From assembly GCA_963796275.1 (NCBI GenBank), contig CAWCKY010000002.1, forward strand, positions 544,001 to 608,000: a DNA stretch of 64,000 nt. Reading direction: 5' to 3'. The notes under the pieces were generated by a model that saw nothing but the letters and a program-made list of their open reading frames with translations, had not been told where the DNA came from and did no database searches. The DNA comes from an uncultured Acidobacteriota bacterium (GTDB lineage: Bacteria; Acidobacteriota; Blastocatellia; RBC074). Numbering within the stretch: the stretch's first letter is position 1; each line of letters starts with the position of its first letter. Shown here piece by piece: positions 31,085-43,200 of this stretch. The position numbers were made by a program, and so were the translations under genes.

Positions 31085-34000
31085 ATGATTTCCAATTTCT
31101 TCATCAAGCGCCCGATTGTGGCAATGGTCATTGCCATCGTCACGGTGATCGTCGGTTTCATCGCAATGCAGAGACTGCCGCTGGCTCAGTTTCCCGAGAT
31201 TATTCCGCCGCAGATCATCACGTCGACGAACTACACGGGGGCGGACGCAATAACGATCGAGGGGGCGGTCTCGACGCCGCTGGAACAGCAGATGAATGGA
31301 GTGGACAACATGTTCATACATGCAGTCCACCAACGCGAACGACGGAACGCAGCAGTTGACCGTGACGTTTGATGTCGATACCGATGTCAACATCGATCAG
31401 GTAAACGTGCAGAACCGAGTGGCGCAGGCTGAGCCGAATCTACCGAGCGATGTCAACCAGTTCGGCATATCAATTCGCAGGTCTACCGGACTTCCCATGC
31501 TCGTCATCGCGCTCACATCCCCCAAGAAGAGCTATGATGCTCTCTTTCTGTCCAACTACGCCAATATCAACATCAACGACGTGCTCTACCGCATCCCGGG
31601 GGTAGGCCAGATAACCCTCTTCGGCGCCAGCGATTACGCGATGAGGATATGGGTCAAGCCGGATGTGCTGGCCAAGCTGGGGCTGGGGGTGCCAGACCTC
31701 GCCAATGCTATTCGCCAGCAAAGTACCGTCAATCCCAGCGGCCAGGTTGGCGCCGAGCCCGCATCCTTAGGGAAAGAGGTGACCTATACGGTTCGCTCGC
31801 AAGGGCGGTTGCAGACGCCCGAAGAGTTCGGCCAGGTGGTCGTTCGCTCGAATCCCGACGGCTCAGTCGTTCGGTTAAAGGATGTTGCGCGGATCGAGCT
31901 CGGCTCCCTCAATTATCAACAGCGAACGCGGCTCAATGGCGAAGCAGCCGCATTCATCGGGATATTTCAGTCCCCCGGTTCAAACGCGCTCGCCACCGCC
32001 GAGGCGGTCAAAAAGGCGATGGTTGAGCTGAAAGGGCGCTTCCCGGCTGACCTTGAATATGACATCTCCTTCGATACCACGCTCCCCGTGACCGAAGGCA
32101 TCAAGGAGATCCTCATCACGCTCGTCGAGGCGATGATCCTCGTTACACTCGTCGTTTTTCTTTTCCTGCAGAACTGGCGCGCGACGATTATCCCGATGAT
32201 CGCCGTCCCGGTATCTCTGATCGGCACCTTCGCTATATTTCCCTTACTGGGTTTTTCCATCAATACCCTATCGCTATTCGCCTTCGTGCTCGCCATCGGT
32301 CTGGTCGTTGACGACGCGATTGTGGTGGTCGAAGCCGTCGAACAACATATCGAAGAGGGGTTGTCGCCCCGCGAGGCAACGATTCAGGCGATGAAGAAGG
32401 TTTCAGGGCCGGTCATCGCCATCGCGCTGATCCTCTCCTCGGTCTTCCTCCCGGTGGCGTTTATGGGAGGCATTCAAGGCCGGCTTAACAATCAGTTCGC
32501 GGTGACGATTGCCATCTCGATGCTCATCTCGGCCTTCAATGCGCTGACCCTTTCGCCGGCTCTCGCGGCGTTGCTGTTGAGGCCGCGCCAACCGTCGCGC
32601 GGTCTCCTCGGCCGTTTTTTCGACGGCTTCAATCGAATATTCGGGAAGGTGATGCACGGCTACGTCAATTGGAGCCATGCCCTTATCCGCAAGGCGGTGA
32701 TCGCCGTAATGATCCTCACCGGCTTCATGCTGGTGGATGGTCTCATCGGCAAAAATCTGCCCACCAGTTTTCTACCAGAAGAGGATTACGGCTACGCTTT
32801 CCTCAATGTCCAGCTTCCGGCGGCCGCCTCGCTCGAGCGGACGGATCAGGTGTTGAAAAAGATCGAGGATATCCTGGGCAAAACCGAAGGCGTCAAGTAC
32901 TACGCGACTATCGGCGGGTTCAGCCTGCTGACCCGCACATCGGCGAGCTATCAGGGATTTTTCTTTCTCGGTCTCAAGCCCTGGGACGAACGGCAAACAA
33001 AGGATCTCGAAGCGAAGGCGATAGTTCAAAAGGTCAATGGCGCCTTGGCGACTCAGGTGCCCGAAGCGATAGCTTTTGCCTTCATGCCGCCGTCGATTCC
33101 CGGATTGGGCAACGCCGGAGGCTTCTCCCTATGGCTCCAGGACCGCAGCGGCGGATCGGTGGAATTTCTCGACCAAAATCTGCAAAAGTTCCTCGAAGCA
33201 TCCAGAAAACGTCCGGAGCTTGCCGGAGTCGTTTCGACGTTCAATGCCTCCGTTCCCCAAATCTACGCCGATGTCGATCGTGACAAGGTCTTGAAACAGG
33301 GAGTGGCTGTGGCAGATGTTTACCAGACATTACAGGCCTATCTGGGTGGACTTTATCTGAACCAGTTCAATCGGTTCGGCCGGGTATGGAGAGTCTTCGT
33401 TCAGGCGGAAGGAGATGAGCGGCGTAGCGAAAAGGATATCGATCAATACTATGTGCGCAACAACCAGGGCAATATGGTTCCCCTCTCGGCATTGATCACG
33501 ACGCGGCGGATCAGCGGTCCGGAATACACCAACCGCTTCAATCTCTACCGGGCAGCTCAGGTGATCGGAAGCGCAGCGCCCGGTTACAGCTCGGGTCAGG
33601 CAATGGCGGCCCTTGAAGAAGTGGCGAAGGAAGTGCTCCCAGCCGAGATGGGTTATGATTGGGCCGATCTATCCTATCAAGAGAAGCGTGCATCCGATGG
33701 AGCGATCACGGCGTTCGCGCTCTCACTATTATTCGTCTTCTTGATCCTGGCGGCGCTCTACGAGAGCTGGTCGCTGCCGTTTTCGGTGCTGCTGACCGTT
33801 CCGATCGCGGTCTTCGGCGCCCTGGTCGGCTTGTTGTTGCGCGGTTATGATCTGGATGTTTATGCACAGATCGGTCTGATGGTTCTCATCGGGCTTGCCG
33901 CCAAGAACGCGATCCTGATCGTCGAGTTCGCCAAGATTGAGTTCGAGAAGGGACGTAGTCTGGCAGAGGCAGCTCTGGAAGGCGCAAGGCTGCGCCGGCG

Positions 34001-34247
34001 TCCGCTCTTTATGACCTCATTCGCATTCATTCTGGGCTGCGTGCCGTTATGGTTCGCTACGGGCTCCGGGGCCGCGGCGCGTCAGATACTCGGTACTGTC
34101 GTGATCGCCGGAATGCTTTCAGACACGATTATCGCCAGCTTCCTCATTCCGGTGGGATTCTATGTGGTGGAGAAGTTCTCAGGTGCTGCCAAGAGGCGTA
34201 CGGCTGAAGTAGCGCCCGATGAGCCGGCGCCGGCGGCCGGCGACTGA
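31085..34247 (+). pseudogene. HAE1-family RND permease (AcrB/MexF-like), interrupted by a +1 frameshift near 31316
   Basis: The N-terminus (MISNFFIKRPI...) is in one frame and the rest ([24 protein letters not shown]) in another. Removing one base in ATGTTCATACATG restores VDNMFYMQS. May be a sequencing error. Confidence 0.85.
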
Positions 34248-34499
34248 TGCATTTTTTATTGGCGACTTTTATTGGCGAAAGCATTCAAGGCGACTATGCA
34301 GCTCGGCCTGCGCCCTGACGGTCTTTGAATAAATAATGCACCCGTTTTTCTGCTCTATGCTGGATGGCGTGGTTGCATATATTTTTCAGAGACCGGCAAG
34401 CTGGAGCAGCTCGCAATAAATCGCGAGTCGCTATGCTATTGAAAATGTTGGCTCAACCGAAAAATTACAAATGCCCCGTTTGTGGAGATTCAACACGCT

Positions 34500-35903
34500 A
34501 TGAAGAATCGATTGATAATTTTAGCTGTATTTGTGAGTTTATTGTCGGGATGCATGGTTGGTCCCAAATACCGCAAGCCTGAAGTAAAACCGCCAGCAGT
34601 CTTTCGCGCTGATTCGGCCGCAACTCGTGATCCCAATTCTCTGGCCGATTTAAAATGGTTCGAAGTCTTCAAAGACGAGCGACTCCAGGAATTGATCAGG
34701 ACGGCGCTCGTTCATAATTACGATATGCGCGAAGCCGTCGCGCGCGTCAGCGCGGCGCGCGCCAATCTCGGCATTACGCGTTCCGATCAGCTCCCGAACA
34801 TCACCTCCGGGGTCGATATGACGACCCTGCGCAATTCCAATAGCGGTTCGTTTCCCATACAGAACGGCATATCTCTCGATCGAACATTTGGAGGAGTCGT
34901 GCTCAACCTGCTCTCTTTCGAACTCGATCTGTGGGGACGCCTGCGCCGGGCGACCGAAGCGGCACGCGCCGATCTACTCGCAGCTGACGAGAACCGCAAA
35001 GCGGTAATCACGACCCTGGTGGGCGATGTGGCAACCGCTTATTTCGACCTGCTAGAGCTCGATATGGAGCTGGAGATAGCGAAGCGAACTCTGGCAACCC
35101 GACAGGAATCGCTCCGTCTCATCCAGGTGCGCCAACAGGGCGGCGTCGCCACACAGCTGGATGTGCGCCAGGCCGAGCAACTGGTTTATGGTGCGGCTCA
35201 AACCATTCCCGACATCGAGCGGTTGATCGAACGAAGGGAGAACCAGATAAGCCTGCTTCTCGCCAATAACCCGGGAGAGATCGTGCGCGGACGACGGTTG
35301 ACCGAACAGGAGCAACCGCCCGCGGTGCCCACGGGGCTGCCGTCTGATTTACTCGAACGACGCCCGGACATCCGAGCGGCGGAGCAAAACCTGATCGCGT
35401 CGAATGCGATCATCGGCGTAGCGAAGGCCGCTTATTTTCCGAGAATCAGCCTGACGGGATTCATGGGGTACGAGAGCAATCAGCTATCGCGTCTGTTCAC
35501 CGGGCCAACGAGAGCCTGGCAGTTCGTCCCCCAGGTAACCCAGCCGATCTTCACCGCGGGCCGCATCAAGTCGAACGTGAGGTTGGCCGAGGCACAGCAA
35601 CAGATCGCGCTGGTGCAGTATGAACGGGCGATCCAGAGTGGCTTCCGCGAAGTGTCGGATTCCCTCATCGAGTATCGCAAAGTTAAAGAGATTCGTACGC
35701 AGCAGGAATTGCTGGTGACTACGCTGCAGGATCGATCGCGCCTGGCCTATTTACGCTATCGAGGCGGCGTAGACACGCTGCTCAACGCATTGGACGCCGA
35801 CCGCGACCTGTTCAGCGCGGAGTTGAGTCTGTCTTTAACCAGACGGAACGAACTGCTCGCTCTGGTCCAGCTCTACAAGGCCCTGGGCGGCGGCTGGCAA
35901 TAA
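34500..35903 (+). CDS. Outer membrane efflux lipoprotein (OprM/NodT family)
   Basis: Lipobox LLSGC, FELDLWGRLR, PSDLLERRPDI, C-terminal LYKALGGGW. Confidence 0.93.
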   Translation: MKNRLIILAVFVSLLSGCMVGPKYRKPEVKPPAVFRADSAATRDPNSLADLKWFEVFKDERLQELIRTALVHNYDMREAVARVSAARANLGITRSDQLPNITSGVDMTTLRNSNSGSFPIQNGISLDRTFGGVVLNLLSFELDLWGRLRRATEAARADLLAADENRKAVITTLVGDVATAYFDLLELDMELEIAKRTLATRQESLRLIQVRQQGGVATQLDVRQAEQLVYGAAQTIPDIERLIERRENQISLLLANNPGEIVRGRRLTEQEQPPAVPTGLPSDLLERRPDIRAAEQNLIASNAIIGVAKAAYFPRISLTGFMGYESNQLSRLFTGPTRAWQFVPQVTQPIFTAGRIKSNVRLAEAQQQIALVQYERAIQSGFREVSDSLIEYRKVKEIRTQQELLVTTLQDRSRLAYLRYRGGVDTLLNALDADRDLFSAELSLSLTRRNELLALVQLYKALGGGWQ

Positions 35904-35990
35904 TAAATATAAGGGGGGAATCGCTACAGAACACAAATAGTTAATGGGGCAGAGGAGACCGCGCATGGTCATAACTCTGCCTCTGTGAAA

Positions 35991-36036
35991 CCATCCCCCA
36001 CCCCATCCCCCATCCCCCATCCCCCATACCCCATCC
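35991..36036. repeat. CCCCCAT heptamer tandem repeat (G-quadruplex-capable on minus strand)
   Basis: Six C4-C5 tracts separated by 1-3 nt. Confidence 0.85.
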
Positions 36037-36208
36037 TTCCCATTCTTCCCATCCGGTTCTAAAAATAGTGGACTGATCAATTATTGTAAAATTGGCTCTT
36101 GCCCCAGTCCACTTTCCCGATACTATTACCATCAGATTTTTCAACGACCGCGGCTCCAGAGAGCCAAATGATCGGTACGGCCGCCTGTCCGTAACTAGTA
36201 AAAGATTC

Positions 36209-36238
36209 TTGACAGGTTACTCCGAATACAGGTAATCT
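36209..36238 (+). promoter_or_regulatory. Putative sigma70 promoter
   Basis: TTGACA-N18-TAATCT, upstream of the TPR gene. Confidence 0.5.
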
Positions 36239-36312
36239 GCAACCGATCAAATACATATAGCCGGTTACTACAAAAAGTTCGCCGGACGGAGGAGAGAACA
36301 AAGGAGGGAGAG

Positions 36313-37308
36313 ATGTCAGTCAACCAACGCATGCTGCGGGGGATCGGGCGATATTTCGTTTCGGCTGGTTCCCTGCTCGTCTTTCTGACGGCGGTCCACG
36401 CACAAGGTTCGCGCGCGGAGTCGGCGCGGTCATACATCGAACGTGGCAACGAGTGGTTGGACAAGAAGGATTTCGAGCGCGCCATTGAAGATTTCGATCT
36501 GGCAATCGCATTCGACTCGCGGGCGGCCAAGGCATACAACAATCGCGGCATCGCGCGCCAGGCGAAGGGCGATCTGGACGGAGCGCTGGCGGATTTCAAT
36601 CGCGCGATCGAACTAGACTCGCGTTATCTCAAGGCCTACCACAACCGCGGACTCCTACGCGATGAACGGGGCGACTACGATGGGGCGATCGGCGATTTCA
36701 GCAGAGCACTGGAGATTGATCCGCGCTACGATCGAGGTCTGAGCAATCGCGCCAGCGCCCGATATGCCAAGGGCGATTTTACCGGCGCCATGGCGGACAG
36801 CACGGCGGCGCTTGCGCTCAACTCGCGCTCCCGGCTGGCGCTCATCACCCGCGGATTGGCTCGTCAAAAACGGCGCGATCTTGACGGAGCGCTAGCTGAT
36901 TTCAATCGTGCCATCGCAATCGATTCCAGCCATGCCGATGATCACTTCAATCGCGGCAACGTCAGGTTCGAAAAAGGCGAATTGAAGAGCGCTCTCGCCG
37001 ACTACACGCGCGCCCTCGCTCTCGATCCGAATCTCGCTGAGGTATATAACAATCGAGGAGTTCTCTATGTTACGCAAGACAAGATGGACCTGGCGCTGGA
37101 TGACTACAACCACGCGCTTCTCCTCAATCCGCAAGGGGCGATGATCTATTTGAATCGTGGACTGACCAGACTTCTGAAAGGGCAAAAGATTGAGGCGCAG
37201 CAGGATTTCGATAAATGCCTGACCCTTGACGCGAATCTTAAACCCGTACTGGAACAACGCATCAAGCTAGCGAAACAATGGCAGCTGGAAATCAAGCAGG
37301 GCTTCTGA
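36313..37308 (+). CDS. Secreted TPR-repeat protein
   Basis: Signal peptide VHA-Q; about 8 canonical 34-aa TPRs (AYNNRG...GDLDGALADFNRAIELD). Confidence 0.92.
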   Translation: MSVNQRMLRGIGRYFVSAGSLLVFLTAVHAQGSRAESARSYIERGNEWLDKKDFERAIEDFDLAIAFDSRAAKAYNNRGIARQAKGDLDGALADFNRAIELDSRYLKAYHNRGLLRDERGDYDGAIGDFSRALEIDPRYDRGLSNRASARYAKGDFTGAMADSTAALALNSRSRLALITRGLARQKRRDLDGALADFNRAIAIDSSHADDHFNRGNVRFEKGELKSALADYTRALALDPNLAEVYNNRGVLYVTQDKMDLALDDYNHALLLNPQGAMIYLNRGLTRLLKGQKIEAQQDFDKCLTLDANLKPVLEQRIKLAKQWQLEIKQGF

Positions 37309-37329
37309 TTCAAAAAGGACGTGTAGAAC

Positions 37330-38127
37330 ATGAATGATTTATCTTTTTTTACAACCGACGATGGGTGTCGGATCGCATATCGATTCGATGGACCAGCCCA
37401 CGCGCCGATATTGGTTCTATCGAACTCAATCGGCACCACCTTGAACATGTGGGATTTACAAATTAAGGACCTATCGAATCATTTCCGCGTTCTCCGCTAC
37501 GACACTCGAGGCCATGGCTCCTCGGGCGTCCCGGCGGGAGCTTATTCGGCTGACCGGCTCGGATGGGACGTGATCGAGTTGCTCGACGCATTGCACATAA
37601 ACAGAGCGCATTTCTGTGGGCTCTCGCTAGGCGGCGTGGTCGGCCAATGGCTGGGTATCCATACTCCCGAAAGGATCGACCGCCTGGTACTGTGCCATAC
37701 CACATCCTATCTCGGGCCGGCTGAACAATGGAATAATCGGATAGCCGCCGTGTTGAAAGCCGAGGACATGTCCGAAACCGCCGACATGTTTCTCGGTAAT
37801 TGGTTCCCTCCCGAGATGCTGGAGGCGAAGAGCTCCATCATAGAATCAGTTCGGGCCATGTTGCTATCCATTCATCCACAAGGATATGCCGGATGCTATG
37901 CCGCCGTTCGCGATATGGACATGCGCCGGACGGTGGCGCTCATCAGTTCCCCGACACTTGTGATCGCAGGTCGATACGATACTGTTACTCTCCCAAGTCA
38001 TAGCGAATTAATCGCTGCGACCGTTCCTGGATCGCGACTGATTATTTTACCTGCGGTGCACTTATCCAATATTGAATATCCCGCCGAATTCATGAGCGCG
38101 GTGCTCGAATTCCTGCTCCCGAAATAG
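37330..38127 (+). CDS. pcaD: 3-oxoadipate enol-lactonase-like alpha/beta hydrolase
   Basis: LVLSNSIGT...MWD, RYDTRGHG, CGLSLGG nucleophile elbow, HLSNIE. No other pca genes nearby, so the substrate is uncertain. Confidence 0.7.
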   Translation: MNDLSFFTTDDGCRIAYRFDGPAHAPILVLSNSIGTTLNMWDLQIKDLSNHFRVLRYDTRGHGSSGVPAGAYSADRLGWDVIELLDALHINRAHFCGLSLGGVVGQWLGIHTPERIDRLVLCHTTSYLGPAEQWNNRIAAVLKAEDMSETADMFLGNWFPPEMLEAKSSIIESVRAMLLSIHPQGYAGCYAAVRDMDMRRTVALISSPTLVIAGRYDTVTLPSHSELIAATVPGSRLIILPAVHLSNIEYPAEFMSAVLEFLLPK

Positions 38128-38224
38128 ACGCAGTCATCGGTCCCTGTCTGATCAAGTTCAATTCCATTTCTCTAGAATCGGTGATCTACCTCAGGGCCGA
38201 TAGCTGGATTGAAAGGTTGATGAC

Positions 38225-38875
38225 TTACTTTCTGGCTTTCTCGAGGAATTGCACCAGTACTTTACTGCTAACGGCATCGGCGAAACCGAGGTCTTCGCGA
38301 ACGGGAACACCGAGTAGCGCGCCATCGACGGCAGACATCATCTGCCCGCCGGATGTGCCACGCGGGATCGCGGCCTTGGCGGTTACCTCGCCGGGCGGCG
38401 CAATGAGGACGTTGCCCCAAGTAACCACTCCACGGTCTCCGTGCGGGTTACTGCCGATCGTGAAGACTGGTTCCCCATAGTTCGGTTCCGTTCTGATAGA
38501 GATTTTGGATACGGTTACTGGACGTGGTACGAGTAACCGCAGAAGATCATGCTGTGGGTCCATTCCGCGAATTTCAGCTGTCAGGCCGTCGGCATATACT
38601 TTTTTACTTTGACGTTTTGCACCGCTATTTCCACAACGGATAAGATGGTAAGCGGTAATTATCTCTGCCTTACCATCCTCCTGGTAACCGGTGAGAAAAC
38701 CGCTCCCGAGCAGACAGTCACTCGTTACCAATACGAAGCGGGCTTTTGCCGGGCCAACAAGGTCGGGTTTACTGTTACTGATACCCGGTTCATTTCCGGA
38801 GCATAAGATAAGCAGTACCAAGACGTGGACTGCTCTGAGACCTCTTCTCATCATCGAAAGTCCCATCGGTTTCAC
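38225..38875 (-). CDS. Small trypsin-like (S1) serine protease, secreted
   Basis: GSGF, ITAYHL (His), HDL (Asp), GTSGG (Ser); hydrophobic N-terminus. Confidence 0.75.
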   Translation of the reverse strand: MKPMGLSMMRRGLRAVHVLVLLILCSGNEPGISNSKPDLVGPAKARFVLVTSDCLLGSGFLTGYQEDGKAEIITAYHLIRCGNSGAKRQSKKVYADGLTAEIRGMDPQHDLLRLLVPRPVTVSKISIRTEPNYGEPVFTIGSNPHGDRGVVTWGNVLIAPPGEVTAKAAIPRGTSGGQMMSAVDGALLGVPVREDLGFADAVSSKVLVQFLEKARK

Positions 38876-39671
38876 CCGTAGCGCCCCGGTATTGTTGTAG
38901 ACTAATTAATTTCTTATTGGCTTGGTGCTGATATACTCTTCTTAACACTTATGGTGGAAAGAGAGGGTTTCAACGACTAGGAGAATTCACTTTAAAAACA
39001 CAAATTACTTGAAAAGGCCGGGGCATTCGCCTTTTCTTTAAGCTTTTCTGTGACTTCTACTGCCTATGGGCTGACTAAACCCTCAATTTGGGAGTTAAAT
39101 TGAATAATACCGTAATGATGATAGCTGAAAGGTTGGAGGCTATGCAAGTCAGAAAATAATTTTGATCAAATATCTGTAGGTGTCCGGGGTATCGGTTGAG
39201 CTCATCGCAATATTCTGCCCACGCGATTTGTCCTTATCCGATCGAGACACGGCCGGCCGGCTAGGTGATGACTGAGTATTACCTCTTCCAATACTAAATG
39301 CGCTTTGTTTCAGATGGATATCTAGTAATCTAACTGCTCACAACTTGTCCTCGAGTAGCTAATACCAAAATAATCAGAACTATGGCGTATAGTATTTTGT
39401 GAAAATGCATGTCACATCCTATAACTGTAATGTGTAACAACGCGGATCAGGGGTTACTCTGCGTGCCTGGGTACTTAGACATTATGACCGAATGGGTATG
39501 GGAACAAGCCCCGAAGGTCTGACGTAACGCCGAACGCAAGAGTCGATTGATCTATATGTGGCACTTCTACAACGCCTGACCCAAGATAATTTCTTCTTCC
39601 CTTCGCCTGCCGCTCTGGCTATATTCTCCTTACCCGAAAATTTTACGATTTTGCATTTCAGGTCGAAGAGG

Positions 39672-40193
39672 ATGAATACAGTGACAAAACCTGAACCCTG
39701 GTTGTGCGGCCCGCTCGATGATGTTTCGCCATTGACCATGCCGGCCGCACACGCGTTGGCACAGTCGCGCGGCGACATCGAAGTCCATGCTTCCAATTTA
39801 ACGGATTCCGAGGTCTGGCTTAAACCCAATGGATCTCCGTCGGTGGGGTTCCACCTTCGCCACATCGCGGGAAGCATCGACCGATTGCTCGCATATACGG
39901 CGGGGCGCAGCCTGACCGATGAACAGTTTCGATATCTAGGATCGGAAGGCCTACCAGGGGAACCGCCACTCGATACCGAAAGTCTCATATCATCCGCACA
40001 ATTGAAGATAGATGAAGCGCTGCAGGTTATCCGCTCGATACCCGATGATATGCTCTTCGAGCCGCGCGTCGTCGGACGCGCGCATCTCCCCACCAATGTT
40101 TTCGGTCTGTTATTCCATATCGCTGAACACACGCAGCGGCATACGGGTCAGCTCATCACCACAGCCCGAATCGTACGCGGGATGAATCGATAG
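39672..40193 (+). CDS. DinB-family protein
   Basis: PEPWL N-terminus, SVGFHLRHIAGS, HIAEHTQRHTGQ. Confidence 0.85.
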   Translation: MNTVTKPEPWLCGPLDDVSPLTMPAAHALAQSRGDIEVHASNLTDSEVWLKPNGSPSVGFHLRHIAGSIDRLLAYTAGRSLTDEQFRYLGSEGLPGEPPLDTESLISSAQLKIDEALQVIRSIPDDMLFEPRVVGRAHLPTNVFGLLFHIAEHTQRHTGQLITTARIVRGMNR

Positions 40194-40195
40194 AT

Positions 40196-40241
40196 AGGAA
40201 AAGGTAAGACGGGTAAAGCATCCCCCGTCTCACATTTTCCT
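40196..40241. terminator. Hairpin between convergent genes (probable bidirectional terminator)
   Basis: AGGAAAA...AGACGGG / CCCGTCT...TTTTCCT stem. Confidence 0.55.
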
Positions 40242-40247
40242 GTTGAA

Positions 40248-43200
40248 TCAAAACTCTACGCGAAATCCTACCTGTCCCGTACGATTGCCGTTGACGGATG
40301 TCACCTGGCCGAAAAGCGGGCTAACGACGTCGGTTACGATCCCTTCGAAGGAATGACGGTTGAACGCATTCAGGAACTCGGCGCGGAACTCCGCTTTAAT
40401 GCCTTCGCGAATCTTGAAGGCTTTCCTCAATCCGATATCTTCGTTGAATCCCCACCGATCGCGGATATTCATGGCAAACCCGACAGTGCCGAGCGTGAAC
40501 GGTTGGTGATCGACGATCAATCCCGGAACGAGATAGCGGTTATTCGCAACATTATTGGCGTTGATTTTCGTAACGTCGAATTTTTCAGGATCAAATCCCG
40601 CATAAAACGATAGGTTTTGCGGATTGTTCAGGTCTGGCCGGTTGGCGCGCCCGTTGAATCCCGGGATGCCGCTCCCGGAGAAGCGCAACGGCGTGCCGCT
40701 CAGGTAATTTCCGATGTAGGTGATCTGCCAATTGCCCACGATAAAATCGAGGGCGCGGTTCAATCCCCCAAGGAACTTGCGATTGCGGCCGATTGGAAGA
40801 TCCCAAACGACCGAGGTCTTGATGTTATGCGTGCGGTCATCATCCGCAATACTCTTCTCCAGGCGCATATTGTAGATGTCGAGCGGACGCGACCCATTCT
40901 CGTTGATCAACGTCGATTCCATGTTCTGCATTGTCTTCGAGAGGTTGTAATTCCAATAGATGCTAAGACCTTGACCGAATCGTTTGTTGACCACGATCTG
41001 CATCGAGTGGAAAGAAGACTGACCATACGGCGCCCGGTAGGTTCCCAAACCGATGCCGTTGCGCGCCAGGTGCGGGTATGGCACCAGCGCCTGCCACAAA
41101 AATCCGCCGGCGAATGCAGGGTAAGGTAGTTTCGGCAAACCGTACTTTTGAGCATCTGCATCCGTGTTCAACCTCACACTCGCCAGATCCTGGCCGAACG
41201 GCAGATACTGCGGATCGAGCTGATTCTTGTTCGCTACCTCGCCCGCCCATATTCCCGTCGCTTTATTGGCTACATATCCAATGTCAACCACCAGGTCCTT
41301 GATCAGCTCACGCTGAATATTGAGGTTCCATTGCTGTGTGTACGGAATCTGGCCCGAATTCGGATCCCATTCCGTTACTCCGCCCAACCTCCAGAGCGTT
41401 GGATCAAGGCTCGCCTGTACGAGATTGCCCGGATAGCCATTGTCCCAGTTGAAAACAGAGGTATGGCTCTGCGAATTTGTGAACGAATTGCTGTCGGCAA
41501 ATCCTCGCTGCGACGGTGCACCTGAGAATCCGTTAAAGACAGAAGCATTGTAAAAAATCCCATATGCTCCGCGAACCGTCCATCTCTCATCGGGCGACCA
41601 CGCGAACCCGATCCGCGGGCCGAAATTCTTTTTATCGCTCTCGACGAATCTGCGATTGCCGATGCGCCCCGGCCCATTCCCGGCAAATTCTAGTGCACCT
41701 CTCATGCCTGTTAGCGGATCGATGAGTGCGAGGTTGAAGTTGGTAGTCCGATCCGCTACTTCGACAGGCGACGGCTGTAATTCATATCGCAATCCGATGT
41801 TGAACGTCAGATTGCGGCGAAACTTGAAGTCGTCCTGCACGAACCCGCTGTAATAATAAATTCTTCCCCCCGAGACAAGCGGTGTTCCGACACTCGCGCT
41901 CTGCACTTCACCGAGGAGAAATGCCGCGAATGAATGCCCTATAAAATTGACTCCCGGAATACCCGTTTGAGCAGCATTGAAATTGAATGTGCCGGGGAGA
42001 TTGCCGTTTGGTTGGTTATTCTGCTGGTTGCCGCGGAAATCCAAGCCAAATTTCAGGAAGTGACGGCCGCGCGACCAGCTGACGGTATCGGAGATGCCCC
42101 ACGAGTTGTAGGCCTGAAAATCGTCCTGCGGATCGCCGAGGGCGTCGAAGCTGATGGCGTTCGGACCTCCGCCCCAGTTGATGCGCGGACACGGGCCGTC
42201 CTGCTTGACTCCCTCGATGCCGAGCGCCGCCGCGCATCCGTCTTCAAGGTGGGCGGAACGGTTAGGGTTGGCCATACGGTTGTAAGATAAGGTGAAATGG
42301 TTGATCAACGTCGGCATGAACGTGAAATCGTGATTGATCCGCGCAAGCCAGGAGTTGATCACCTGCCGGCGCGCGGCAGAAAGCGGTCCTCCGAGCGGGT
42401 CGAGCTGAGACCATGGCCCGCCGGCATCGAGCAGCAAGCGCGGCCTTACGCTTCGCGCAATCATGCCACTCAGCTTTTGTTTATTGGAAAGATTGTGATC
42501 GAGCCGCAGCGACCATTGGTTCTGATCGAACTCCGGAGTTTGCGCTGTTGGGAAGAAATTGTTCAATGTCAGTTCGGTGCTCGCTGCCGCGTAATAATTC
42601 CTGGCGATCTCGCCGATACGACGCGACACCCGGCTGATGCGATACTGGGGAATGATGTTCCCCTCGAAACGATCGCGCACGAGCCCGGTTTTCACAGCTA
42701 TTCTCTTGGTGACCGAATCAAGTTCTCCTGCGGTCACCGGCCGCTCCGTTAATGGATCGTAGATCGCGCCACGATGGATCGGCCTCCCGAGGGCATCTTC
42801 GCCTTCTATTTCATCGGTAAGCAAACGCGATAAATTCCCATCGTACATTTCAGGTTGGGGTACGGTACGATTAGGTGCGCCGAAGACGAGCTGACGTTCG
42901 CGGTATCTCTCTACGGTAAAGAAGAAAAATGTTTTGTCACGTCCATCATAAGCGAGCGGGCCGAAGACCTTCTTCGGAAGTATGATCGGACCGCCAAAGC
43001 TCCCACCATAATTGAAACGTCGTTCCTTCGAGCGTGGGAGATCCTTTGCATTGTTGATGAACGAATTGGCGTTCAACACTTCGTTGCGGATACTGGCCGA
43101 AAGCGCTGCCATGCACCTGATTTTCCCCTGAGCGCATGACGAAATTGAACACTCCGCCTCCGGTGCGGCCAAACTCTGCTGATAAACCGCTGGTCTGAAT

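Noticed and set aside
31300-31330. Programmed ribosomal frameshift in the RND gene
   Set aside because: No slippery sequence or stimulatory hairpin; a split RND N-terminus is not a known recoding case.
34364-34582. Small ORF with CPVC...CIC (possible zinc finger)
   Set aside because: Overlaps the OMF start in another frame and has no RBS; the later Cys residues come from the off-frame signal-peptide codons.
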